A stretch of 64,000 nt of DNA from Leucoraja erinacea (taxonomy: Eukaryota), in contig NC_073384.1 of NCBI RefSeq assembly GCF_028641065.1, forward strand, positions 17,112,001 through 17,176,000, written 5' to 3'. Both the position numbers and the translations under genes were made by a program. Of this stretch, positions 51,684 through 63,172 are shown piece by piece. How positions within the stretch are numbered: the stretch's first letter is position 1; every line of letters starts with the position of its first letter. The notes beneath the pieces are model-generated. The model worked only from the letters and a program-made list of their open reading frames with translations. It was not told where the DNA came from and did no database searches.

Positions 51684-52286
51684 CTACAACACAACACAAT
51701 CAAACAGTTACTTTGGCCAAAAAGCTGGCTTCAGAATTCAGCTGGCAGCTCCCTTCATTGTTCAGGAGAACAAGTACTGAATATTTTTAGTGCGATGTTG
51801 AGACATGATGCAACTACACTCATAAGAAAAATATAACTTCTCCACTGAAACGACTGCTATCTTTAATCTTGGACACACACTCCATGTCACGCACGAGTCA
51901 ACAGTTTCAGCAGAGCTGAAGTACTAAGAATAATTATCATCAAAGTCATGGGGAGAGATTTTTGAAAGAATTCCGAAACCATATTAATCAGGAACCTGCC
52001 TTTACTGTGGTTAAACACTCCTATTACTTTGAAGCGAACATTATCAGACAATTGTTGAAGTAGTTGTGCTAATGGTGGAGCTGATGGCCAAATGTTTGGC
52101 CAGAAAGGATGGTTCTGAGCAGACAAAAGTAGGAGAGATCCTGAGGTTGATCTCCTCTCAGGTTAAACAGCAGAAGCTGAACCTTCAGTGGATTGTTAGA
52201 CCTGGTAGTGTGCTCTCACACACCTGCTCACAAGCAGTGCATGTCCCACTCTCCATCAACAGATGCACCATGTACATTTACAATAC

Positions 52287-52347
52287 CCAATAGTCTGTGG
52301 GCCGAGGAGCTTTTTCGTTCAGGTTCGTGACCCATCTCAGAACTATC
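52287..52347 (-). CDS. 61-bp cytoplasmic exon candidate
   Basis: AATTCAG|GAT... DSSEMGHEPERKSSSAHRLL, G|GTATTG; phase 0 to 1 bridges the neighbouring exons; splice sites are weak. Confidence 0.4.
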
Positions 52348-52720
52348 CTGAATTTTTAACATATTGTGTAAAAATATAATACAAATCATACCTGAAACTC
52401 GTCAAGAACAAAACCTGCACATTTTATTTAAATATGACAAAAACTTCCAATTATCCGAGTAGTAATTGTCCAATCAATGCACGTTTGACATTGAGGTCGG
52501 ACGCAAATTGACCAATCCCGCACACTGTTTGTTTTATGGTTGCTAGGCAGCGAGGACTCTGGGATCAAAGCTGACTCCTCATTACATCAATAGCAATAAC
52601 AAGGTTTCCAAGGATAAAGGTAATGCTAACCTTGTTGATAATTTTGTTTTTCAATTGATTTATCTATATAAAGTTTGGATGTTAAATAAAAATTATAATT
52701 AACAAATGTACAGCTAAAGT

Positions 52721-52800
52721 TAGGATTAGGGTTAGGTTCAGGGTTAGGGTCAGGGTTAGGGTCTGGGTTAGGGTCATGGCCAGGGTCAGGGTTAGAGTCA
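52721..52800 (+). repeat. Short degenerate (TTAGGG/TCAGGG)n array
   Basis: GGGTTAGGGTCAGGGTTAGGG... visible directly. Confidence 0.8.
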
Positions 52801-53930
52801 GTCAATCGGTCGGTCGGGCTTGTCGGTAGGCCGATGGATGCTGTGGAGGATCGGTCGGGGAATGGACCGCTAGTGGATGCTGCGAAGGGCTGGTTGGGCT
52901 GTCGGCCTGCTAGTGGATGCTGCGAGGGGTTGGTCAGGCAGTTGGTAGGCCTGTGAGTGCTGCGAGGGTTCGGTCAAGTTGTCGGCCGGCCGGTATTGCA
53001 ACGAGCGAGCAGGCGGACTGACGGAGCTGGCGCTATGGGGTGCTGAAGGTGGCCTGGGCAGCATGCAAGGCAGTGCTACTCCCCACCATCATCACCACAA
53101 TGATCCAGAAGGGCATGCTGGCCGAGGTGGACTCGCTGAGTGGCCACACGTACGGAGCCCGCAGCCGGTCCCAAAGCAGCACCAGCTCCAGCCGTGGGCA
53201 GCTCTGGAAGGGGGCGAGTTAGGGTTAGGGCTAGGCATTTTCCTCTCAGTGGAAGATGCCTTACCTTTCCCCCAGCCTGGCACTGTCCCAGTCCCACTAT
53301 GGCCATGACCCCCATTCTGCACACTGGTAGTCAGTGGGGTTCAGTAAACAGGGGAACCCAGAAGAACTGCCCTCACCCATTAATTAGGCTGGTTCAGGAG
53401 CTGGACCTCTGCGGCACTCAGTCAAAAAGCGCAAAAAATTATATTATAAAAATTATATTATTTTAATTATATTATTTTATATAATATAATTATACATAAT
53501 TATATATGAATACAGTCATATTCACAAGTCATATATATATGGTATAATAATATATACTAGTTTAAATAGACTGCATCAGGGAAATAGGCTCCCCATGGTG
53601 TAATATGGGCATTGGACACTAGATGGCGCGTACATTTTTTAATCTCATTTTCTAATTAGTTTAATTAATTAATGTGCAACTTTAGGCACTGACGAGTTAT
53701 GACTTCCTTCTCAATTATATTTTATCTAATTCTGTGCAAAATTTCAAGTAGTTCTGAGACATTGGTCACAAAAGTTGATTTCTAGACACATTTTTGATGC
53801 TCGGCCACAGCCTACAATGATCCACAAAGCTAGTGGAGTAAATACCTGATGGGAAGCTAATAGCACACCATCAGGGAGAGGGACCCCAGCACAGGTCTGC
53901 TTATCACAGAAAACTCACATCAGAACTCAC

Positions 53931-54004
53931 CGGGACATTTCTTGCCACGGATATGTTTTCATAATCTGCTCCTGGGGTCTGATCATCATTCACTCCAGAC
54001 TGGG
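53931..54004 (-). CDS. Cytoplasmic exon with tyrosine motif ADYENI
   Basis: TTCTCTATTTCACAG| (S)QSGVNDDQTPGADYENISVARNVP |GTGAGT; phase 1 to 0, in frame with the TM exon. Confidence 0.8.
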
Positions 54005-54169
54005 CTGTGAAATAGAGAACAAGGTCTCACAATGAGCAGCCTCAGAGCTGTGAATCCCACTTTGCTACCCAACAGCATAATGACGGCTTTTTGACAATCG
54101 GAACCAGCCCTTCCGATTTCAATAACCACACAGCAATCAGCTCAGGCTGAATTATTTAGTTACACATAC

Positions 54170-54304
54170 AGGACTGGAAGCTTCCAGATGCTCTGCGTCT
54201 GATGAGGCAAATGGCTCCAGTAACAGCAAGAACTCCCAGCACCAAAGGTAGAATGATCCAGGCAAGGTACGTCACCGCAAATTGATTCTCCTTCGTTTGA
54301 GAAA
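54170..54304 (-). CDS. Transmembrane exon of a type I receptor
   Basis: TTTCTTTGCAG| SQTKENQFAVTYLAWIILPLVLGVLAVTGAICLIRRRASGSFQS |GTATGT; 135 bp, phase 1-1; ~22-aa hydrophobic helix followed by an RRR stop-transfer. Confidence 0.85.
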
Positions 54305-57300
54305 CTGCAAAGAAATCACATCATTGGGTCAACATCAGGGAAAAGTAATGTCAGTGCAGAAGGAAGCCACTTGGCCCATCGTTCTGTGCCAGCTCTTTGA
54401 AAGAGTGATCCACTGATCCTAACCCACTTATTTCCCCATCCTGCAATAGGTTCTCACTGGAATTTATCCAATTCCTAGTGGAATATTGTTATTCAACCAA
54501 CGTCCACCAGCTGACCCAACTGGCCACTGAAAAAAGCGAAGTTCGCAGAGGCACCATGTTCCTTCAACTTTCATTGACCATTCTGATATAAATGTACTGT
54601 AATAAAGGAAAGAAGGGGAGCACCGAGTGTTCACCAGTGAGTTTACCTGGCCATGTATTGGAATACTTCCTAATGAACCAAATAAGCATTAATTTAGAAA
54701 TCATTAAATGTGGGCAAGCTTCAATTAGGTCCCGTTGTAACAGTGCGGAGGTGACACATAGGGAGGTCAGGGTATCAGTGGAGGGGGATTAAAGTGGTGA
54801 CAACAGGCAGCTCAAGGTCACTCCTGTAGATGAAGTGGAAATACTCCCCAAAGCATTCACTCCATCTGTGTAGAAATGAACTGCAGATGGTGGTTTATGC
54901 TGAAGACAGGCAAAAGGTGTTGGAGTTACTCAGCGGGTCAGGCAGTATCTCTGAATAAAAAGGATGGGTGACGTTTCGGGTTAGAACCCATGTTTACACC
55001 CTGCACTGTTACACTGTCTGAAAAACCTTTCTGATCTGACCCATCTTTTTTCACCAGAAATGCTGCCTGACCCACTGAGTTACTCCAGCACTTTGTGTCA
55101 ACTATGTTTAATTTCCTCCGTGTGGAAGAGACCATGCAGAGAACACCAAATGCAGTACATCCGTTTGGAAAAAGTGCAAGTCATTCACTGCTTAACCTGG
55201 GAAGGCTATTTGTGTCCCTGGACGGTGGGAAGGGAAGAGGTGAAAAGTCAAGTGTTGCTTCTCCTGTGTTTTTGCATGGAGACATGCCGTATGAGTGCGA
55301 GTGGTTGCTGGGGACGGACGAGGGGTTTTATTGGATCTGGTGAAAATTGCAAAGAATGATCGGATAAATATGTCAGGTTTCTGGGTGGAAGGTAAGGAGC
55401 AAGGGAATTATGTTCTTATCCATTCCTGGAAAGATGAAGAGTGAGAGCATAGATGTGGGAAAATCAATAAGATGTGATTAAGGACTCTGTCCACTCCAGT
55501 AGAGGAGAAGCCACTGTTCAGAAAGAAGGAAGACATTTCAGTGGCATCACTCAGGGTAACTTATTGTTTCTTCCCATCATCATTTTAGCACAGTTTGTCC
55601 ACAAAATGTGTCCTTGAGCACACTATTAACAACATCTCACAGCCAAGGAAGCATAATATGCTTACACATCCTCACATTGAATACAATCAGAGATATTTCC
55701 TTTGTACTACCGAATCCTTCCTTCTCACAGAAATGTTTTACTTCTGTTTTTCTTTCTCCACAGATGCTGCCTGGCCTTCTGGTGGTCACAGGGATAACAT
55801 ATAAACTCCGTACAGACAGCACTCCTAGTCAGGATTGAACATGGGTCTCTGGCACTATAAGGCAGCAACTCTACCACAGCGCCACTGTGCCGCCCCATTG
55901 ACCATAAATCTGTATATTTCAAAATGGTTACGTAAAATGACAGAGATAGATTGGAATAGGGGGCTTACTTTGGGGGAGGGCCAATTTCACAACATTAAGC
56001 CAGGACCTGGCAAATTTACTTATCTGTAAGTCAAAATCTGCACAGTGGGAAGCATTCAAAGGAGAAAAAATCAAGAACTTAAGGTCAACATATTTGTGTA
56101 AGGGTGATTGTCAAAAGTAACAAGAATAGGGAACCAAGGATGCAGAGGGTTGGATAAAGAGAAAATAGGAAGCATATAGCTAACGGGGCCGGCAAGTGGG
56201 AGTGCAGCAGGCCCGAGTGGTAAAAAGAAAATGTAATTTTTTAAAGGGAAATACTTTGTCAAATCGAACGAAAATCGCTACACCACACTTCAGGCGAATA
56301 GTGAGTAAATTGGGCCTAAAATTGTTGCGCTATTGTGTACTGTTTTCATGGGTGGAAATGCCGGGGAGACATGGGGACACACGTCCCCTCCATGTTTTGA
56401 GAGGTGGGGGACATGTTTTGTAATCCGGATTTTGAAATTCGGCTAAAAATCTCCGCTTTCCGCAAGACAGAGGGGGTGGGACGGATGTTCGAGGGCGCCG
56501 ATTGGACTAGAGAGATGCAGGTTAGCAAGCAATGGGGGGGGGGGGACATGATGATTAAACGCGATGATTGGAGGAGGGAGTGTCGGTCAGAGGCGGAAGT
56601 AGGGGGGGTGGGACTGAGTATAAAGCGCGGTGATTGGAGGAGGGAGGCGTCCTAGTGGAGCAAAGATCATAGAGCGGAGCATTAATCGGCCCGTTCGCGG
56701 GGCCTTTCATCACCCGGCACAGACTGAAATCGGCCTCGGGCGATGAAAGGCCCCGCGAATGGGCCAATTCAAGCCCCACGATTCGGGGCGGATGAAGCTG
56801 CTGTTGCTGGAGTTTGGAGTTGGTCACCAACCAGGTCAGATCCCGATGTTATCGTGCACAGGGCCAACGGCTGAAGCCTCGCGCATGTGAGCGGGCGTGC
56901 GGCCACCAAGAAATTGTGTGTCCCCCATGTTTTGATAGATACATACATACAACAAAACAAACAAACAAACAAATATACATACATACAAGACGAGAGTTAT
57001 ACTACTATATACTAGACCAAGCACGGACCTGTTGGGTCCCCCATCCCCCAACGTAATATTCCAACACTCACCCACAGCCCCCAACTGCAGTGGCATGGCT
57101 GATGGGTTCCCGTTGTGATGTCAGAGATCCCTGTTATGACGCGAGTCATGGTAACCCGCCCGCAACTAAGCAGGTGCGGCCGGCAAATGGGTGCGCAAAT
57201 GCCATGTTTATTAAAGTTTAAAAAATCAAAACTTTTAAAATATTACATCAATATGAACAAAACATGCTGCTGCACACCGCTAGACAACGGTGAGTAAGGT

Positions 57301-57959
57301 GGGCCAAAAATTGTTGCACTGTCGTGCACTGTTTTGGCTGTATTTCGGGAACAAACAAACAAAGAAGATGAGAGTTTTAGAAAGAGGTAAGTAGGTATGT
57401 AGATAGGTAGAGTAGGTAGGCGATATAGATAGATAGATGCCGCTACCAATGAAGGAATGTTGACAGTTACTAGAAGGTGTAGTGGTGTAGCAGATAAAAG
57501 GGTGTGGGAGGAGGAACTTCAATAGGAAATTACTTAATTAATTGCTGTCCCTGGAAGGTTATAACGTGCTTGGTTGAAAGATGGGGCCCTGTTCTGGAGC
57601 AAAAAATGGTGGGGTCAGATTCAGGCTAACACAATAAGGTGAAGTGTGTACGTTTGGAGTTAGGAGCCGGGGCAGAAATGTGTTTTTCTACAAATAGCCA
57701 TCAGATGTGTATTTGTTAGTCCAATGCATTAAAAAGCATAAATAAATACATGAAAATGAATCGGTATGGGCAAGTTGGGCCGAAGGACCTGTTTTCACGC
57801 TATGACTGAAAATTACACGATTCAATACTTTAAAGTTTTTAATATTGTAAATATTGTAAACTGAAATGAAAATAAATGCACAAAACTGCTATCTCACCCC
57901 TGGCACGCTCTATATCTACACTTACGGAGATCGTTTAGTATTGTGTAAACTGAATTTAC

Positions 57960-58214
57960 TAATGACAATCATCTGGATCCAGTTCCCTCTGATATCTCCC
58001 CACACTGTGCAGTAATAGACAGCAGAGTCATTGAGCGTCACGTTTGTGACATTCAGGATGAAGCTGCTGTTGGAGGCGTCTTTGAATGGCTGGAACCGCT
58101 CAGTGAAGCCTGGTTTCCTTCGTACGCTGCCTCCAGCCTCGTGTGTTAAAACCCACTCCATGTCCTGCCCGGGTAGTTCTCGGTACCAGTGGACGTCAGT
58201 GTTTCCCACTTCAG
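57960..58214 (-). pseudogene. 3' part of germline-joined VJ-type Ig exon (V2)
   Basis: EVGNTDVHWYRELPGQDMEWVL...RF...FILNVTNVTLNDSAVYYCTVWGDIRGNWIQMIVI, A|GTAAAT phase-1 donor; canonical C-strand Trp and DxAxYYC. Confidence 0.88.
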
Positions 58215-61200
58215 GAGTAGAGGTTCTTCTGCAGTTGTACAGGGCCCTGGTGAGACCACATCTGAAATATTGTGTGTAGTTTTGGCCTGCTAATTTGAGG
58301 AAGGACATCTACAGCTATATTAATAGCAAAAGGATAACGAGGGATAAAATTGGTCCTTTAGAGAGTTAGAGTGGACAGTTATCTGCAGAGCCAAAATAGA
58401 TGGGGGAGAAATTGAACGATTTCTTTTCTTCGGTATTCACCAAGGAGAAGGATATTATGTGAGGTAAGAGAAACAAGTAGAATAGCTATGGAAACTATGA
58501 GATTCAAAGAAGAGGAAGTACTGACACTTTTGAAAAATATAAAATTGTAGGCATTTAAAGACTGCATGGATGAACTACAAAAATTGTTCATCCCAGTTTG
58601 GCAAAATAATAAATCAGGGAAGGTAGTGCATCCATGGATAACAAGGGAAATCAGGGATAGTATCAAAGCAAAGGATGATGCGTACAAACAAGCCAGAAAA
58701 AGCAGCATACCGGAGGACTGGGAGAAATTCAGAGACCAGCAGAGGAGGACGAAGGGCTTAATTAGGAAAGGAAAAATAGATTTTGAAAGAAAACTGGCAG
58801 GGAACATAAAAACTGACTGCAAACGTTTTTATAGATATGTGAAAAGAAAGAGATTAGTTAAAACAAATGTAGGTCCCTTGCAGTCAGAAACAGATGAGTT
58901 GATCATGGGGAACCAGGATATGGCGGACCAATTGAATAACTACTTTGGTTCCGTCTTCACTAAGGAAGACATAAATGATCTGCCGGAAATAGCAGGGGCC
59001 CGCGGGTCAAAGGAGGTGGAGGAATTGAGTGAAATCCAGGTTAGCCGGGAAGTGGTGTTGGGTAAATTGAATGGATTAAAGGCCGCTAAATCCCCAGGGC
59101 CAGATAGGCTGCATCCCAGAGTACTTAAGGAAGTAGCTCCAGAAATAGTGGATGCATTAGTAATAATCTTTCAAAACTCTTTAGATTCTGGAGTAGTTCC
59201 AGAGGATTGGCGGGTAGCAAACGTAACCCCACTTTTTAAGAAGGGAGGAAGAGAGAAAACGGGGAATTACAGACCAGTTAGCCTAACATCGGTAGTGGGG
59301 AAACTGCTAGAGTCAGTTATTAAAGATGGGATAGCAGCACATTTGGAAAGTGGTGAAATCATTGGACAAAGTCAACATGGATTTACGAAAGGTAAATCAT
59401 GTCTGACGAATCTTATAGAATTTTTCGAGGATGTAACTAGTAGCGTGGATAGGGGAGAACCAGTGGATGTGGTGTATCTGGACTTCCAGAAGGCTTTCGA
59501 CAAGGTCCCACATAAGAGATTAGTATACAAACTTAAAGCACATGGCATTGAGGGTTCAGTATTGATGTGGATGGAGAACTGGCTGGCAAACAGGAAGCAA
59601 AGAGTAGGAGTAAACGGGTCCTTTTCACAATGGCAGGCAGTGACTAGTGGGGTACCGCAAGGCTCAGTACTGGGACCCCAGCTATTTACAATATATATTA
59701 ATGATCTGGATGAGGGAATTGAAGGCAATATCTCCAAGTTTGCGGATGACACTAAGCTGGGGGGCAGTGTTAGGTGTGAGGAGGATGCTAGGAGACTGCA
59801 AGGTGACTTGGATAGGCTGGGTGAGTGGGCAAATGTTTGGCAGATGCAGTTTAATGTGGATAAATGTGAGGTTATCCATTTTGGTGGCAAAAACGGGAAA
59901 GCAGATTATTATCTAAACGGTGGCCGATTGGGAAAGGGGGAGATGCAGCGAGACCTGGGTGTCATGGTACACCAGTCATTGAAGGTAGGCATGCAGGTGC
60001 AGCAGGCAGTAAAGAAAGCGAATGGTATGTTGGCTTTCATAGCAAGAGGATTTGAGTATAGGAGCAGGGAGGTTCTACTGCAGTTGTACAGGGTCTTGGT
60101 GAGACCACACCTGGAGTATTGCGTGCAGTTTTGGTCTCCAAATCTGAGGAAGGACATTATTGCCATAGAGGGAGTGCAGAGAAGGTTCACCAGACTGATT
60201 CCTGGGATGTCAGGACTGTCTTATGAAGAAAGACTGGATAGACTTGGTTTATACTCTCTAGAATTTAGGAGATTGAGAGGGGATCTTATAGAAACTTACA
60301 AAATTCTTAAGGGGTTGGACAGGCTAGATGCAGGAAGATTGTTCCCGATGTGGGAGAAGTCCAGGACAAGGGGTCACAGCTTAAGGATAAGGGGGAAATC
60401 CTTTAAAACCGAGATGAGGAGAACTTTTTTCACACAGAGAGTGGTGAATCTCTGGAACTCTCTGCCACAGAGGGTAGTTGAGGCCAATTCATTGGCTATA
60501 TTTAAGAGGGAGTTAGATGTGGCCCTTGTGGCCAAGGGGATCAGAGGGTATGGAGAGAAGGCAGGTACGGGATACTGAGTTGGATGATCAGCCATGATCA
60601 TATTAAATGGCGGTGCAGGCTCGAAGGGCCGAATGGCCTACTCCTGCACCTAATTTCTATGTTTCTATGTTTCTATGTATAAGTCTCCAGGTCAGGACAG
60701 GATATTCCCTAGGACATTGAGGGAAGTTAGTATAGAAATAGCAGGGACTATGACAGAAATATTTCAAATTTCATTAGAAACGGGAATAGTGCCGGAGAAT
60801 TGGCGTACTGCGCATGTTGTTCCATTGTTTAAAAAGGGTTCTAAGAGTAAACCTAGCAATTATAGACCTGTTAGTTTGACGTCAGTGGTGGGCAAATTAA
60901 TGGAAAAGATACTTAGAGATTATATATATAAGCATCTGGATAAACAGAGTCGGATTAGGAACAGTCAACATGGATTTGTGCCTGGAAGATCAAGACTTCA
61001 GTAAGGCCTTTGACAAGGTTCCTCATGGAAGGTTGGTTAAGAAGGTTCAATTGTTGGGTATTAATGGTGGAGTAGCAAGATGGATTCAACAGTGGCTGAA
61101 TGGGAGATGCCAGAGAGTAATGGTGGATGGCTGTTTGTCAGGTTGGAGGACAGTGACTAGTGGGGTGCCACAGGGATCTGGGTCCATTGTTGTTTGTCAT

Positions 61201-61930
61201 GTACATCAATGATCTGGATGATGGTGTGGTAAATTGGATTAGTAAGTATGCAGATGATACTAAGATAGGTGGTGTTGTGGATAATGAAGTAGATTTTCAA
61301 AGTCTACAGAGAGATTTAGGCCATTTGGAAGAGTGGGCTGAAAGATGGCTGATGGAGTTAAATGCTGATAAGTGTGAGGTGCTACATCTTGGCAGGACAA
61401 ATCAAAATAGGACGTACATGGTAAATGGTAGTGAATTGAAGAATGCAGTTGAACAGAGGGATCTAGGAATAACTGTGCACAGTTTCCTGAAGGTGGAATC
61501 TCATGTAGATAGGGTGGTAAAGAAAGCTTTTTGTGTGCTGGCCTTTATAAATCAGAGCTTTGAGTATAGAAGTTGGGATGTAATGTTAGAATTGTACAAG
61601 GCATTGGTGAGGCCAATTCTGGAGCATGGTGTACAAATTTGGGGCCACAGCTTAATAATAATGGGGAGGCCATTTATAACTGAGATGAGAAAAAACTTTT
61701 TCACCCAGAGTGTTGTAAATTTGTGAAGTTCTCTGCCACAGAAGACAGTAGAGGCCAATTCACTTGATGAATTTACAAGAGTTAGATCTTTAGGGGCTAG
61801 CGGAATCAAGGGATATGGGGAGAAGACAGGCACGGGTTATTGATTGTGGATGTTCAGCCATGGTCCCAATGAATGGCTGTGCAGGCTCGAAGGGCCAAAT
61901 GGCCTCCTCCTGCACCTATTTTCTATGTTC
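58213..61930 (+). mobile_element. Nested CR1 block inside the V2 exon (older CR1 pieces at 58213-58548 and 60677-61930)
   Basis: CR1 ORF2 motifs (SNYRPVSLTSVVGK, SKYADDTK) and a 3' tail ending at ~61930. Confidence 0.88.
58566..60578 (+). CDS. Uninterrupted 670-aa CR1 ORF2 segment (RT) of a young, 5'-truncated copy (~58549-60676)
   Basis: All RT motifs intact ([28 protein letters not shown]); no endonuclease domain; (TTTCTATG)3 tail. Confidence 0.93.
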   Translation: MDELQKLFIPVWQNNKSGKVVHPWITREIRDSIKAKDDAYKQARKSSIPEDWEKFRDQQRRTKGLIRKGKIDFERKLAGNIKTDCKRFYRYVKRKRLVKTNVGPLQSETDELIMGNQDMADQLNNYFGSVFTKEDINDLPEIAGARGSKEVEELSEIQVSREVVLGKLNGLKAAKSPGPDRLHPRVLKEVAPEIVDALVIIFQNSLDSGVVPEDWRVANVTPLFKKGGREKTGNYRPVSLTSVVGKLLESVIKDGIAAHLESGEIIGQSQHGFTKGKSCLTNLIEFFEDVTSSVDRGEPVDVVYLDFQKAFDKVPHKRLVYKLKAHGIEGSVLMWMENWLANRKQRVGVNGSFSQWQAVTSGVPQGSVLGPQLFTIYINDLDEGIEGNISKFADDTKLGGSVRCEEDARRLQGDLDRLGEWANVWQMQFNVDKCEVIHFGGKNGKADYYLNGGRLGKGEMQRDLGVMVHQSLKVGMQVQQAVKKANGMLAFIARGFEYRSREVLLQLYRVLVRPHLEYCVQFWSPNLRKDIIAIEGVQRRFTRLIPGMSGLSYEERLDRLGLYSLEFRRLRGDLIETYKILKGLDRLDAGRLFPMWEKSRTRGHSLRIRGKSFKTEMRRTFFTQRVVNLWNSLPQRVVEANSLAIFKRELDVALVAKGIRGYGEKAGTGY

Positions 61931-62005
61931 TCCATGGAGCACCGTAACCGTGCCGTGTCATCCTTACCAGCCTCGGGAATTGGATCAGGATCGAAGGATT
62001 TGCAT
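61927..62005 (-). pseudogene. 5' part of the V2 exon
   Basis: TTTTCCCATTAAAG| (D)ANPSILIQFPRLVRMT, a frameshift, then TARLRCSMEN with the B-strand Cys at 61939-61941; joins EVGNTDVHWYR once the CR1 block is removed. Confidence 0.8.
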
Positions 62006-62749
62006 CTTTAATGGGAAAATATGTCTTCTTAAAAAAATACTCAGCACAGTCATGCTTGAAGAGTGCACAGAATCTAACACTAAATTTGTAGAATTTTATT
62101 AGTCATACTAAATCATGCAAAATGGAGTCCTTTTGATTAGGGCCATAGGTGTGCACAGCACAGGAATGGGCTCTTGTGATACTTAAAACCAGAGCAATGT
62201 TACTGAGTTCAGTGATCCTGCAATATTATATAACCTGTGCATGGGGCTAAACAAAGTTCTGAATGGGTTTGTGGAGAGGTTTGCTCATGCTACTCAAGAT
62301 ATTTTAAACTAGTGAGACATGGGGTTGGGACCCAGAATGACAGCTGACTCATGTGTAGACAATAGAACAGGCAAGTCCAGTGAAAGCAATGGCAGAGATG
62401 GGAGGGGGAGCATGAGAGGTTTAACTGCATTTAAAGCAAGAAGCACAGCAAGTGAGACGGATGAGTTGAGAGTGTAGATCAGCACACAAGATTATGAGGG
62501 GAAGCGTGGATGAGGGAAGAGCTGTAATCTATTATTAATTTATTATTAAGTAAGTGGAGCTTTTGCAATATATCAGGATTGGGTGGAGTCAAAAGGTTTT
62601 TGTAAAGAGTAAAGGAAATCATATTCAACAAATCAGCTAATTTCTTGAGATTGCAGTTAGCAGCACAGATAAGGGAAAACTAGCTGATGTGCACTTGGAC
62701 TTTCAGAAGGCACAAGCTACAAAGAAGGTGCAGATAAAAAATAAACTCA

Positions 62750-63172
62750 CACATACCTGTCTTTCCACTTTCCATTACCCACCAATAGTCCCTCTGGGTT
62801 CCTATATCTGCCACATCTCCTCCTCCTCCCCCTTCCGGTTCCAATCTACCTCACCATCCGCCCTCGGGTTCTACATTTTATTTCACAGCTTTTCTTATCA
62901 GAATTCATTATTTGTATTTTTTTGTCTTCTCTGCTTATCATCTCCAGTCTTTACTAATATATTTGTCTATCGCTCCTGCACATCATTCATCTAACAATCA
63001 ACCCTTCCATATCTGAGTCTACCTGTCACTTGCAAGCTCTTGCCCCACCCCTACTCCCTCACGGCTTTCCACCAGCTCTCTCCTACTCCATCAGTCTGAA
63101 GAGGTCTTGACCCGAAACACTGTCTGTCCATTTACCTTCACAGATGTTGGCTGACCTGCTGAGTTCCTCTGG
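62750..63172 (+). mobile_element. Penelope-like 3' remnant with hammerhead-like core
   Basis: Pyrimidine-rich tract, then CAGT-CTGAAGA-GGTCTTGACCC-GAAAC (63096-63118) and GCTGACCTGCTGAGTT. Confidence 0.6.

Larger units (their letters stand above)
38281..56867 (+). repeat. Segmental duplication, copy B (38281-42063 is indel-rich, low quality)
   Basis: Colinear with 19013-36418; a few percent divergence by eye in the clean parts, plus several structural differences. Confidence 0.9.

Noticed and set aside
51887-52290. Possible Ig C-domain (QDLSYFCLLR) or TCR-like TM peptide (FFQKSLPMTLMIIILS)
   Set aside because: In-frame stops, no first Cys/Trp at proper spacing and no convincing splice sites; treated as intron.
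56230-57440. Possible tandem Helentron/HINE-like elements (ACTAG start, CAAA/CATA microsatellites)
   Set aside because: Suggestive only; I could not define sub-terminal inverted repeats or boundaries by eye.
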